Below, piece after piece: positions 29,035-38,557 of a stretch of DNA of 64,000 nt. The DNA comes from an uncultured Verrucomicrobiota bacterium (GTDB taxonomy: Bacteria; Verrucomicrobiota; Verrucomicrobiia; Palsa-1439). The position numbers and the translations under genes were made by a program. Under the pieces are notes generated by a model. That model had not been told where the DNA came from, made no database searches, and saw only the letters and a list, made by a program, of their open reading frames with translations. The stretch covers positions 1,530 to 65,529 of the forward strand of contig CAZISE010000020.1 of the NCBI GenBank assembly GCA_964541945.1. The letters are read 5' to 3'. Numbering within the stretch: position 1 is the stretch's first letter; every line of letters begins with the position of its first letter.

Positions 29035-29925
29035 CTATTTCTTGGGTGGCTTTGGGGCGCCTTTGGGGTCGAGGTTGGCTTTCAGGTCCTCGTCGGTCAC
29101 AGTGGACTCGACTCCGTTGGCGGGGACCTCGACTTTGGCGACCCAAACCAACGCATTCAGGATGATTTTGCGCATGTTTTCATTGCCCCAGCCGGTGTGA
29201 TTGTGGCCGCCGGTGAAACCGAAGCCGCGACCGCCGTTGGGACGCTCGAACGCCCAAGCGACGATCTGCGGTTTTCCCTCGGCAACATCTTTGCGCACGG
29301 CGGGATTACCGCTGTGAGGGCCGTCGGGACGTTTCAAGGTGTCGGCAGGCGGGAGGTCAAAGAGGATGGGGGTAACGCCTTTCATGCCGTCGGCAAACCG
29401 CATGTGGTAATACCATTCATCGTTGATCGAGAATGGTTTCACTCCGCGAGTGATGGGGTGTTGGGGCAGTTCCTTGAAGTGGGCGGTCCAAAAGGGGTTG
29501 ACCGACCAGTGGGTCTCGAAACAGCCCCCAATCCACTGAATGAATTCTTTGTTGCCTTTTTCCGTGGTCGGTTCCACGGCATAGTGGATGAGAGCGAGAC
29601 CAACGCCTTTGTCCATCAGTTTGCCCAGTGTCTGGAGATTGTCGCCCTGCAACGCAGGGTGTCCGCCGCCGCCGTCACTGTAAATGGCGATTGCCGCGGC
29701 GCCGTCAAAAACGGAGGCGTCCTTCGGCCAGCCGTTGAGGCAGACGACCGCTTGCACAAGTCCGGACTGGTCGAGACATTTTTTGAAAAGCAGCATACCG
29801 GCATTGTGTTCGTGCGCACCGGGGCCGTGACTGGGACGACCGGCGATCAGGACAATTTTCGGGGGCGCGGCAAGACAGACAGTCGTTATCAGACTAACAA
29901 TGGCGATGGTAACGGGTGTTTTCAT
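29035..29925 (-). CDS. ThuA-like (trehalose-utilisation A / class-I glutamine amidotransferase-like) secreted protein.
   Basis: ThuA-like blocks AHEHNAGMLLFKKCL ... IAIYSDGGGGHP ... FTGGHNHTGW. The ATG at 29925 (MKTPVTIAIVSLITTVCLAAP) has a perfect SD aaggagatgacc upstream. The track start at 29949 is probably too far upstream. Confidence 0.8.
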   Translation of the reverse strand: MKTPVTIAIVSLITTVCLAAPPKIVLIAGRPSHGPGAHEHNAGMLLFKKCLDQSGLVQAVVCLNGWPKDASVFDGAAAIAIYSDGGGGHPALQGDNLQTLGKLMDKGVGLALIHYAVEPTTEKGNKEFIQWIGGCFETHWSVNPFWTAHFKELPQHPITRGVKPFSINDEWYYHMRFADGMKGVTPILFDLPPADTLKRPDGPHSGNPAVRKDVAEGKPQIVAWAFERPNGGRGFGFTGGHNHTGWGNENMRKIILNALVWVAKVEVPANGVESTVTDEDLKANLDPKGAPKPPKK

Positions 29926-29939
29926 GGTCATCTCCTTGA

Positions 29940-30830
29940 TCATGCCCACGCTTCGGCGAGCTGTTGGCGCAGGACTTTGGCCGCCTGCACGGCTTCCTCG
30001 TCAAACTGTTTCCCCCAGCCGCCCTCAATGGAAATGCGGTCGGCGTACCCGATGCTCTTCAGCGCCTTGAAATAGGGGCGAAAATCGGTTTCCTCCTTGC
30101 CGGGCGCTTTCCGTCCCGGCATCGTGGCGACATGCACATGGCGAATGCGTTTGCCCGCTTTGAGAATGGATTCGGGGCCTTCAGCGTCCTTCATCATGTG
30201 ATAAATGTCGGCATGCAACTGAACCCCCGGATGTCCAATGGCATCCACCAGTTCCGCCCCCTCGTCCACGCGGGTGAGGAAGTTACACTCTTTCTTGTTG
30301 AGCGGCTCCAACACAATGATAACCCCGTTGTCGTGCGCAACCGGAGCGATTTTCTTGCAAAACGCGATGAATTGTTCGCGCGCTTGCTCGGGAGAAAACC
30401 CTTCCGGAATCCGACGCGCGCCGCCGCTGCCAAGGACAATTCGCGCCACACCCACCTTTGGCGCGCGCCGAATCGCTGCCGTCGCGTACACAACCGCTTC
30501 ATCCGTCCGCGCGCCCGGTCCGACAAGTTTCAGTTCGGCGGGGATGAACCCGTTGCAGGCGCGCACGGGCAAGTCGGCCGCTTTGATCTCCGCCAGCCGT
30601 TTCTCAAACACCTCCTCGCCCTCTTTCGGCACCAACACCTGCGCCACGCCACCCTCGACAAACTGGAATCCGGCCTTTTTCATGGCCGCCGCCTTCTGAT
30701 AGGAGGTACAGATGCCCAATTCCAAATCGGGCCCTGTACCGGCCAGCGCAACGGGCAGATACTTGTGAATGGCCAGTGTGGAAGCCACCGTCGAGGCGGT
30801 CACAAGAAAACGGCGTCGAGAGATCATCAT
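29940..30830 (-). CDS. Tat-exported sugar-phosphate isomerase/epimerase (xylose-isomerase-like TIM barrel).
   Basis: Twin-arginine signal MMISRRRFLVTASTVAS. ...VLEPLNKKECNFL...HADIYHMMKDAE...RIRHVHVA is typical of the AP_endonuc_2/xylose isomerase-like fold. Confidence 0.8.
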   Translation of the reverse strand: MMISRRRFLVTASTVASTLAIHKYLPVALAGTGPDLELGICTSYQKAAAMKKAGFQFVEGGVAQVLVPKEGEEVFEKRLAEIKAADLPVRACNGFIPAELKLVGPGARTDEAVVYATAAIRRAPKVGVARIVLGSGGARRIPEGFSPEQAREQFIAFCKKIAPVAHDNGVIIVLEPLNKKECNFLTRVDEGAELVDAIGHPGVQLHADIYHMMKDAEGPESILKAGKRIRHVHVATMPGRKAPGKEETDFRPYFKALKSIGYADRISIEGGWGKQFDEEAVQAAKVLRQQLAEAWA

Positions 30831-31088
30831 GCGCTGTATCTAAACACAAGCCACCCTCAACGTCAACGCGCCTCGATGTGTGATTCCCAGAATCATTAGC
30901 GTGAGGGTGGATGGAGATGGGGCACCATCAAAAGCGCTGGAGTAACCCTCGTCACGATTGGCAACGCGCCGGATTGAAGGCCGCGACGCCTTCGATGACC
31001 AACAGCAGATCACCAAATGCCTCACCAAGACACACCTCTGGCACGGAACTACCAGTTGCGAAACGTTATTGACCCAGAAGCCCCCCTC

Positions 31089-31845
31089 TCAACCACTGCT
31101 GGCCACTACCCCCAATTGTCGCCACTTCGGCAACAGCTCCGCCAACAACCCTCGCCACCACGTCACCCAGCCCGCCGGCACGTACAGACTCGTCTTGATC
31201 TGCCGCGCATGCCATCCCATTTCCACCGGTGTCAACAGCAGATGCTGAATCAGCATGCGCACACGCTTCGGCACTTCGCTCTCCGGCAAGTACAACAGCT
31301 TCAACGCTTGCAACACATCGTAGGCCAACGTCGCCAACGCATGGAAACATTGATTCGTCGTCAACCGCTGACACGGTGGATGATGCAGTTGGAAGTCGCT
31401 CGGCCGCTGTTCCAAATCCCCCTTGAGCCGATGCCGCTCAAACGCCCGTTGCACTTCGCCTGCCCGATCGTCGCAGGTCACAAACTCCCGCCTGCTCCGG
31501 CGCAGCGCATCCCGACCGGCCATCACCGATGGCCCGCAATCATTCGCCCAACGCGCTCTGATCGGGAATCTTCTCCACACCCAACAACCTCTTCAACGAC
31601 TCATCCTCATCGAGCCGTTCCCCGTCGGCAATGGCGACACCGCCGCTGGTGAAGGCAAACAAAAAGGCGGCCACATACACTTTGGTATCGAAGCCTTTGG
31701 AACGATCCGTGCGCGGGTCTAGTGACGGGGTTTCTCGCACGCGCTTCCAGAGACCGAACTGGGTCAACAGCGCAGCGACGATGTTGTCCTTCCCGAGGTC
31801 TTCCTTGGCTGTGCCAAGATCCATTGCTGAACTTGACGGACACAA
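31089..31845 (-). mobile_element. Remnant of a DDE transposase gene (IS4/IS1380-like). It is N-terminally truncated and internally frameshifted (two overlapping ORFs, 31540..31845 and 31089..31580).
   Basis: The two minus-strand ORFs join into one protein: ...LKRLLGVEKIPDQSALGE | WANDCGPSVMAGRDALRR...TNQCFHALATLAYDVLQALK. The tail (N-x(8)-LAYN/D...K) is the conserved C-terminal transposase motif. Upstream the expected N-terminus is replaced by the promoter of the next gene. Confidence 0.45.
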
Positions 31846-31935
31846 CTATCGTGTAACCATCTGCTGGGCAGTGCGTATATTACGATAGAAGCATAAAATA
31901 AATTAGCTTACACCCCAAGGGAGGGAAAACCTATC

Positions 31936-33885
31936 ATGAACAGGTGCATGCTGACGATGTTGTTGCTGTCCGTCGCCACGAGCCTGCAACCCGTTACCGC
32001 TGCCGAGCAATCCAAATCCACAACAGGAGGCGGACCTCTAGCGGGCGCGTTGTCATACGAGTGCGATGACGCCTGCTTGCTTCCGGGAGCACCGGTTCCT
32101 CCAGGGAAATATGCCGTAGTGTCGCCGGTGGGCAAACAAACCGTTCAAATGATCAAACAGGCACCTCGCTTGGATACTCTACACGGAAAGACGATCGCGG
32201 TCGTGGGCGGAAGTTTCATGGCCAACATCACGCATCCCGAGATTAAGAGGCTGATCCTAGCGAACTACCCGACTGCCAAGGTGCTTTTGCTGGACGAAAT
32301 AGGTTCGGGCGGTCCGTTTCCTGGTCCCGGTGTTAGAAGGCAGGCCAGTGAGGAGTTTCAGAAAAATCTCAAAAAGATGGGCGTGCACGCGGTGATATCA
32401 GGGAATGGCGGGTGCGGACTGTGCACGCCGAAGGAAACGGGATCGAGCATCGCGGCTGAATACGTGGGTATTCCCGCCGTAACCATCGCAGCACCGGCTT
32501 TTGTGAAGCAGGTGTATTCCATATCGGTCAACAACGGCGTGCCCGCGCCGCGAGCCGCCACCTACCCCGGCGCATTTGCGGCTCATACACGAGATGAGCT
32601 GATTCAAAACACCAGAAACGTCCTCTGGCCCCAGATCGTTGAGGCATTGACGAAACCTATCACCGAGACGGAAATCGCCGAACGCCGCAAAGCAGGAGTC
32701 GAAGACCCCAAGGAACGTGTGTTCGTGGGCACCGTTGACGGGGTAAACAGGTTTTTCATAGAGCAGCATTGGGCTGACGGGTTGCCGATCATTCCACCCA
32801 CGGTAGAACGGGTGGAGGAGTTTTTGAAATATACCGACCAGCCTTGGGATGAGGTTGTCGCCGTGCTTCCCATCGCCTATCGGAAGGTCTTGGTCTGGCA
32901 CGTTGCGGTCAATGGCGTGATGGCGGGATGTCCGCCGGAGTTCATGCCGCTGTTGATCGCCTATACCAAAGCTCTGGCTGATGGCGATTATCGGCGCACG
33001 TTGTCCAGCACCCATGCATGGACACCCTTCTGCTGGGTGAACGGACCGGTTGCCAGACAACTGGGCATTGACTTTCAACAGGGGCTTATTAATGAGCCAC
33101 GAAATGCCGTTCTTGGCCGGTTTATTAATTTGGCCATGTTGAATCTGGGTGGTTACTACATCAAACAGGACCGGATGGGGACCTTTGGTTATCTCATGCC
33201 GTGGTGCTTGGCGGAAGATGAACAAGCTTGTCTCAAGATTGGCTGGCAGCCCTACCACGTGCAGCAAGGGTTTAAACTGAACCAGAGCACTTTGACCGCT
33301 GCTTCCGCCCTGTTGTGGGGCAATAATCTCACCCCGGCAACGTCCAACCCCGAGAAGATCATGCAGGTTATGGCTTGGGATGCAGTGGAGAAAAGCCAGT
33401 TTGCTACAGGTAGCGGTCCGCGGCTCACGCCCCGGACCATTCTGATTACCGAGTACATCGCCCGCGACCTTGCCCGTGGTTATCCCACGAAGGAAAAGCT
33501 GGAACAGGCCTTGATCGCAACGGCGCGAAGACCTGCGTATGAACGAGCCTTTGCCAACTATTGGGCGAACCCCGGTAGTGCGTTTAACCCTGCCAGATAC
33601 ACGTTGGAGCAACACCTCAACAAAATCATAAAAGACGAGAATGCAATGCTGACAGCCCCACCTCCGTGGTTCCCCAAAGTTCAAGGGCTGGAAAAAATAT
33701 ATACTGTTCCCGTGATGAAGCCCGGCACGACAGCGATTCTGGTCACCGGGGACGCGGACAGAAACAAGGTGCAAACCATACCCGGCGGCAATCACGTCAC
33801 GATAGAAATCAAATTACCCGCCAACTGGGATGCCCTGATGGCAAAGCTCGGTTATCGTCCATTGAAAGAGTTCTTCCTCCAATAA
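31936..33885 (+). CDS. Secreted hypothetical protein (649 aa) with an N-terminal UGSC-like redox motif (GNGGCGLCT); compositionally atypical and probably horizontally acquired.
   Basis: Strong RBS agggagggaaaa and AT-rich promoter region. Signal peptide MNRCMLTMLLLSVATSLQPVTAAEQ. Lower GC by eye and rare codons (AGA/AGG/ATA/CTA/TTA) relative to flanking genes. Sits next to the IS remnant. Confidence 0.7.
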   Translation: MNRCMLTMLLLSVATSLQPVTAAEQSKSTTGGGPLAGALSYECDDACLLPGAPVPPGKYAVVSPVGKQTVQMIKQAPRLDTLHGKTIAVVGGSFMANITHPEIKRLILANYPTAKVLLLDEIGSGGPFPGPGVRRQASEEFQKNLKKMGVHAVISGNGGCGLCTPKETGSSIAAEYVGIPAVTIAAPAFVKQVYSISVNNGVPAPRAATYPGAFAAHTRDELIQNTRNVLWPQIVEALTKPITETEIAERRKAGVEDPKERVFVGTVDGVNRFFIEQHWADGLPIIPPTVERVEEFLKYTDQPWDEVVAVLPIAYRKVLVWHVAVNGVMAGCPPEFMPLLIAYTKALADGDYRRTLSSTHAWTPFCWVNGPVARQLGIDFQQGLINEPRNAVLGRFINLAMLNLGGYYIKQDRMGTFGYLMPWCLAEDEQACLKIGWQPYHVQQGFKLNQSTLTAASALLWGNNLTPATSNPEKIMQVMAWDAVEKSQFATGSGPRLTPRTILITEYIARDLARGYPTKEKLEQALIATARRPAYERAFANYWANPGSAFNPARYTLEQHLNKIIKDENAMLTAPPPWFPKVQGLEKIYTVPVMKPGTTAILVTGDADRNKVQTIPGGNHVTIEIKLPANWDALMAKLGYRPLKEFFLQ

Positions 33886-34344
33886 TGGCAAAGGCGAAAG
33901 CAGGCGCACAACAGTTTGGACGGGCGCGGCGGCTTTAATGCCGTGGGGGCGGGGGTAAGCGACGCGTTTTTTGCGTAAGAAGTAGCGATCGGTTTTCATG
34001 CAATACAGCTCGAAGTAGTGGAGTTGCATGAAGAAAAAGATTTACCTGAAGCGGGTCGTAGCTGGCCAGATTGGGGTGAGTGGCAGTAGGATGTGTTTGC
34101 CTGCCGCCCTCTCCCCCCAGGGCGCTAGGGAGGCGCTTCTTGGGAGAAGGGACGGAGAGTAGCTTGTAGCTCTCTCATGTGCAGGGGACTCATCACCTTC
34201 AACTTCACCCCCCAAGTGGGGCACGATCTCCCCACCGGTTCCCAAGGCGTTGCAATTCGCCGCTTGACGCTGGCGGTTGCAAGGGGTAAAAGGAGCGCAA
34301 CTTATGGCGTCAAGGAGGACGCGTTGGGGAGACTGACAATTTAG

Positions 34345-35376
34345 ATGTTTGGCAAGTTTCTAAACTATTTTTCCACCGACATCGGGATCGATTTAGGCAC
34401 CGCGAACACCCTCGTTTATGCGCGGGATCGCGGTATTGTTTTGCGAGAGCCAAGCGTGGTCGCCATTCAGACCGGCACCAGCCACGTCCTGGCGGTGGGA
34501 GAAGAGGCGAAGCGGATGTTGGGCCGAACGCCAGGCAACATCACCGCCATCCGCCCCATGAAAGACGGCGTTATTGCCGATTTCGAGATCACCGAAGCGA
34601 TGCTGCGCTACTTCATCAGCAAGGTTCATTCCGGCCGTTACGGGGTGAAACCGCGCGTGGTGGTGGCTGTCCCCAGTGGCATCACCGAAGTCGAGAAACG
34701 CGCCGTCAAAGACAGTGCGGAACATGCCGGGGCCAGACACCCGGTATATCTCATTGAAGAACCGATGGCGGCTGCCATCGGCGTTGGGCTGCCGGTGCAA
34801 GAGCCGGCAGGCAACATGATTGTGGATATTGGCGGCGGCACGACCGAAGTGGCCATCATCAGCCTGGCGGGGATTGTGCTCAGCCGCAGCGTGCGTGTAG
34901 CAGGAGACGAACTGGATGAAGCGATTATCCAGTACATGAAACGCGCTTACAACCTGGACATTGGGCCGCGCATGGCGGAGGACATCAAGATCAACGTCGG
35001 CTCGGCGTACCCCTTGGAACACGAATTGACCATGGAAGTCAAAGGCCGTGACCTGGTGGCCGGCCTGCCGAAAACCTTGACTGTCACCTCCGAGGAAATC
35101 CGCGAGGCGTTGCAGGAACCGATCTCGACCATCATCGAGAGTATCCGCATGACGCTGGAGCGATGTCCCGCCGAATTGTCCGCCGACCTCGTGGATCGCG
35201 GTATCGTGCTGGCAGGCGGCGGTGCGCTCATCCGCGGCATTGACAAGCTTTTGTCCGAAGAAACCGGCCTCCCCGTTCATGTGGCTGACGACCCACTCAG
35301 CGCCGTCGCCATGGGCACGGGGGTTGTTCTTCAAGAACTTGGTTTCCTTGAGAAACTGGCGCGCAATTCCTCCTAG
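34345..35376 (+). CDS. mreB: Rod shape-determining protein MreB (actin homolog).
   Basis: [41 protein letters not shown]...[16 protein letters not shown] is a canonical MreB sequence. Confidence 0.95.
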   Translation: MFGKFLNYFSTDIGIDLGTANTLVYARDRGIVLREPSVVAIQTGTSHVLAVGEEAKRMLGRTPGNITAIRPMKDGVIADFEITEAMLRYFISKVHSGRYGVKPRVVVAVPSGITEVEKRAVKDSAEHAGARHPVYLIEEPMAAAIGVGLPVQEPAGNMIVDIGGGTTEVAIISLAGIVLSRSVRVAGDELDEAIIQYMKRAYNLDIGPRMAEDIKINVGSAYPLEHELTMEVKGRDLVAGLPKTLTVTSEEIREALQEPISTIIESIRMTLERCPAELSADLVDRGIVLAGGGALIRGIDKLLSEETGLPVHVADDPLSAVAMGTGVVLQELGFLEKLARNSS

Positions 35377-35439
35377 GCCCGATTTGCCACTCCTGCCCCA
35401 CACTCGCGTTGTTGAGGCCGCCACGGCGGCATAAATTAG

Positions 35440-36219
35440 TTGAAGCGAGAAAATTTGGTCATTATTGGGCTGTTTGTGTTGGCATGGGCATTGTTGCTCG
35501 GTCAGCCGACGCGGGTGGGCGCCCGGCTGCGAACCTTGTTTGTGCAGCTTGGGACCCCCTTCGAGCGTCTTGGCGACCTGATTCCCGTCCTTCGCACCCA
35601 CGCCGCTCTCTCACGCCACAACGATCGACTTCGTGCCGAAAACAACGATCTCCGCCGCCAAATCACCGAACTGCAACATCAACGTGCCGAGAACCAACAG
35701 CTCCGCGCCCTGCTCCAAATCAAACAGGCCGCTCCCTGGCGCACCGTCGGCGCCCGGGTCATTGGCCGTGACGCCTCCAACTGGTGGAAAAGCATCCAGA
35801 TTGACCGTGGCAGCGACGATGGCGTCCGCCCCGACCTGCCCGTGCTCAGCGCCAGCGGGTTGGTCGGCAAAACTGTTTCCGTTACCGCTGGCGAAAGCCG
35901 CGTCCTGCTGCTGCTCGACGCTTCCTGCAAAATCGGCGCGCTTCTGGAAACCAGCCGCGACCCCGGGATTGTCAGTGGTGCTCATGCCGCCTTCTCCCGT
36001 GAACCGCGATTGGAAATGACCTTTGTGGACCGCAAGGTCTCCGTGAAAGTCGGCGAAGGCGTGTACACCTCCGGGCTGGGCGGCATTTTCCCCCGCGGCA
36101 TCCTCATCGGCACCGTCACAGGCGCCGATCTCGATCCGCAGGGCTTGTATCAAAGCGTCGAACTCAAACCCGCCGCCGACTTTCATCGGCTGGAGGAAGT
36201 GATGGTGATTATCCCATGA
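35440..36219 (+). CDS. mreC: Rod shape-determining protein MreC (TTG start proposed).
   Basis: N-terminal TM helix, coiled-coil HNDRLRAENNDLRRQITELQHQRAENQQLRALL and a beta-rich C-terminus. Position immediately after mreB. Confidence 0.8.
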   Translation: MKRENLVIIGLFVLAWALLLGQPTRVGARLRTLFVQLGTPFERLGDLIPVLRTHAALSRHNDRLRAENNDLRRQITELQHQRAENQQLRALLQIKQAAPWRTVGARVIGRDASNWWKSIQIDRGSDDGVRPDLPVLSASGLVGKTVSVTAGESRVLLLLDASCKIGALLETSRDPGIVSGAHAAFSREPRLEMTFVDRKVSVKVGEGVYTSGLGGIFPRGILIGTVTGADLDPQGLYQSVELKPAADFHRLEEVMVIIP

Positions 36220-36686
36220 ACTTCCTCCTCATGGCCATCTTCACCCTGTCGCTGACCGCGCTCCAGGCGCGGTTGCCGACGGCCTGGTGGCTGGGCGGTG
36301 TCCGTTTCGAGTTTTTGCCTGCACTGGTGGCTTTCGGGGCGCTAACGTTCCGTCACCGCCGCTGGGCTGTCACGTTGGCGGTTACGGCCGGTTTTTTGCA
36401 GGACGCTCTTTCGGCGGCGCCATTCGGCAACACTATGGCGGCCTACGCGTTGGCGGCGTTCCTGTTGACGGGCATGGCGCGGGCGTTCGACCGCGAGGCG
36501 CTCTGGATGCAAATGCTGGGCGGCGCGTTGGTCAGTCTGGTGGCGTCGCTGGCCGCCTGTGCTGTCGTCGGGTTTGGCGGCGGCGCGGCATGGAAGATAT
36601 CGCTACTGGCCGTTCTCAGCGCGGCTGTGACACCGGTGGTGTTTTTTGTGTTGGATTTTTTGCGTTGGAGGCTGCGGGTGACATGA
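36216..36686 (+). CDS. mreD: Rod shape-determining protein MreD (polytopic membrane protein).
   Basis: Five predicted TM helices, 4-bp overlap with mreC and 4-bp overlap (ATGA) with mrdA. Confidence 0.7.
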   Translation: MNFLLMAIFTLSLTALQARLPTAWWLGGVRFEFLPALVAFGALTFRHRRWAVTLAVTAGFLQDALSAAPFGNTMAAYALAAFLLTGMARAFDREALWMQMLGGALVSLVASLAACAVVGFGGGAAWKISLLAVLSAAVTPVVFFVLDFLRWRLRVT

Positions 36687-38557
36687 TTTTGACGGCTCCA
36701 TTTCGGGACAACAATCCGCGGCTTCACGTTGTTGGCGCTCTTGTTGGTGTCGGGTTGCTGATCTTGTTGCTGGCGTTGTTCCGCGTGCAGGTGCTGCACG
36801 CCGAGATGTACGGCAGCCGCGAACAATCCCAGTCGCTCCGACGCATTCGTATTCCGTCAGCCCGCGGTGACATTGTGGACCGCCACGGCGTGGTACTGGC
36901 GGAAAATCGGCCGCGTTACGATGCTGTTATCTATCTCGACCAGCTCCGCGGCTCAAAACGACAGGATATTTACCGGGTCATTCATTCACATCTGGCGCTG
37001 CTGGCGCAAACGATGAATCTGCCGGTGACGTTGACGGAACAGGAAATTCGCGCCCATTACCTGAAACGGCGTCCGTTGCCGCTGGTGGTCTGGCGCGATC
37101 TTTCGCCGTCGCTGGCGGCGCAATTTGCGGAGCGAGCGGGTCATTTGCCCGCGGTGGACCTGGTGGCGACGCCGGTGCGCCATTACCCGCACGGCTCACT
37201 GGCGGCGCATGTGCTCGGTTTTTCCGGACAGGCCGAGCAACCGGACGACGAGGAGGCCGACGAGTTTTACTATTACCAAGCCGACACCGCGGGCAAACAG
37301 GGTGTCGAAAAGGTCTGCGACGAATATCTGCGCGGCGCGCCCGGTGGACGCACCATCCGGGTCAATCCCAGCGGCCAGACCGTTGCCGAAACCGGGTACA
37401 AACCGGCCGAACGCGGTGACCGCGTGGTGCTGACGTTGGACGCCCGGATCCAAAGAATTGTCGAACAGGCGCTGGACCGCGCACCCTTGCCGGCGGGGGC
37501 GGAACTACGGGCCGCCGCGGTGGTGCTCGACCCGCGCACCGGCGAGGTTCTGGCCATGGCGAGCCGTCCGACGTTTGACCCGAATCTGTTCACACCCGGC
37601 GCGCCGGCGGAACAACTTTCATGGGTGTTGCGCAATCCGGCCAGCCCGCTGTTGAACCGGGCCATCGGCGCCCGGTACGCGCCCGGTTCGATCTTCAAGC
37701 CGGTGACCTTGTTGGCCGGGCTGCAACACGGCGCGGTCACCTCGGCCGACAGCGTTCTCTGTGAAGGATCATTGCACATCGGCAATCGTTCGTTCGGCTG
37801 TTGGAACCGGCGCGGCCACGGACGAGTGGATGCCGCCACGGCGTTGCGGCTTTCGTGCGACGTGTGGTTTTACCAGAAAGGGCTTGCTATCAAGGCCGAA
37901 ACCATCGCGAAAGAAGCCGGTGAATTCGGCCTCGGCCAGCTCTGCGGCCTGGACCTCGATGGCGAAAAACCCGGCCTGGTTCCGACCCCGGCCTGGAAAC
38001 GATTGACGCTCGGTGAACGCTGGTGGGATGGTGACACGGCACAGTTGTCCATTGGACAGAGTTTTCTGCTGGTCACTCCGCTTCAAATGGCCTGTCTGAC
38101 CGCCGCGCTGGCCAACGGCGGGACCGTGTGGCGACCCTTTGTGGTCCAGCGCGTGGTAACCGCCGAAAACCTCATCGTGAGCGAAACCAAGCCGGAAGCG
38201 CGTCGCCGCATCTCCGCGTCGCCGTCCGACATCGAATTTGTGCGGCAGGCCATGTTGTCGGTGGTGCAGGCAACTGACGGGACCGGACGCGCCGCCGCCG
38301 TCCGGGGCATCCGGGTCGCCGGCAAAACCGGCACCGCCGAGGCCGACCTGCGGGTTCACGGCGCGACGCAACGGGTAAAACGAACCTGGTTCATCGCCTT
38401 CGCGCCATACGAATCGCCCGAAGTGGCGCTGGCTGTCCTGTTTGAGGAAGGCGCCAGCGGCGGGCACACCGCGGCGCCGGTGGCCGGACAGATTCTGGCC
38501 GGGATTTTCGGCAGGACGGTGGAGCGAGTGGGACAGGAGGGGCTTCATGCCGACTAA
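36683..38557 (+). CDS. mrdA: Penicillin-binding protein 2 (peptidoglycan D,D-transpeptidase MrdA).
   Basis: MILTAPFRDNNPRLHVV...RGDIVDRHGVVLAEN (PBP dimerisation domain). Transpeptidase motifs SIFKP (SxxK), SCDV and KTGTA. Confidence 0.9.
   Translation: MILTAPFRDNNPRLHVVGALVGVGLLILLLALFRVQVLHAEMYGSREQSQSLRRIRIPSARGDIVDRHGVVLAENRPRYDAVIYLDQLRGSKRQDIYRVIHSHLALLAQTMNLPVTLTEQEIRAHYLKRRPLPLVVWRDLSPSLAAQFAERAGHLPAVDLVATPVRHYPHGSLAAHVLGFSGQAEQPDDEEADEFYYYQADTAGKQGVEKVCDEYLRGAPGGRTIRVNPSGQTVAETGYKPAERGDRVVLTLDARIQRIVEQALDRAPLPAGAELRAAAVVLDPRTGEVLAMASRPTFDPNLFTPGAPAEQLSWVLRNPASPLLNRAIGARYAPGSIFKPVTLLAGLQHGAVTSADSVLCEGSLHIGNRSFGCWNRRGHGRVDAATALRLSCDVWFYQKGLAIKAETIAKEAGEFGLGQLCGLDLDGEKPGLVPTPAWKRLTLGERWWDGDTAQLSIGQSFLLVTPLQMACLTAALANGGTVWRPFVVQRVVTAENLIVSETKPEARRRISASPSDIEFVRQAMLSVVQATDGTGRAAAVRGIRVAGKTGTAEADLRVHGATQRVKRTWFIAFAPYESPEVALAVLFEEGASGGHTAAPVAGQILAGIFGRTVERVGQEGLHAD

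Noticed and set aside
31017-31652. 211-aa plus ORF rich in Q/R/P/H
   Set aside because: Antisense to the transposase remnant. It is low-complexity.
32398-33795. 465-aa minus ORF
   Set aside because: Antisense to the secreted 649-aa gene, which has a signal peptide and a strong RBS.
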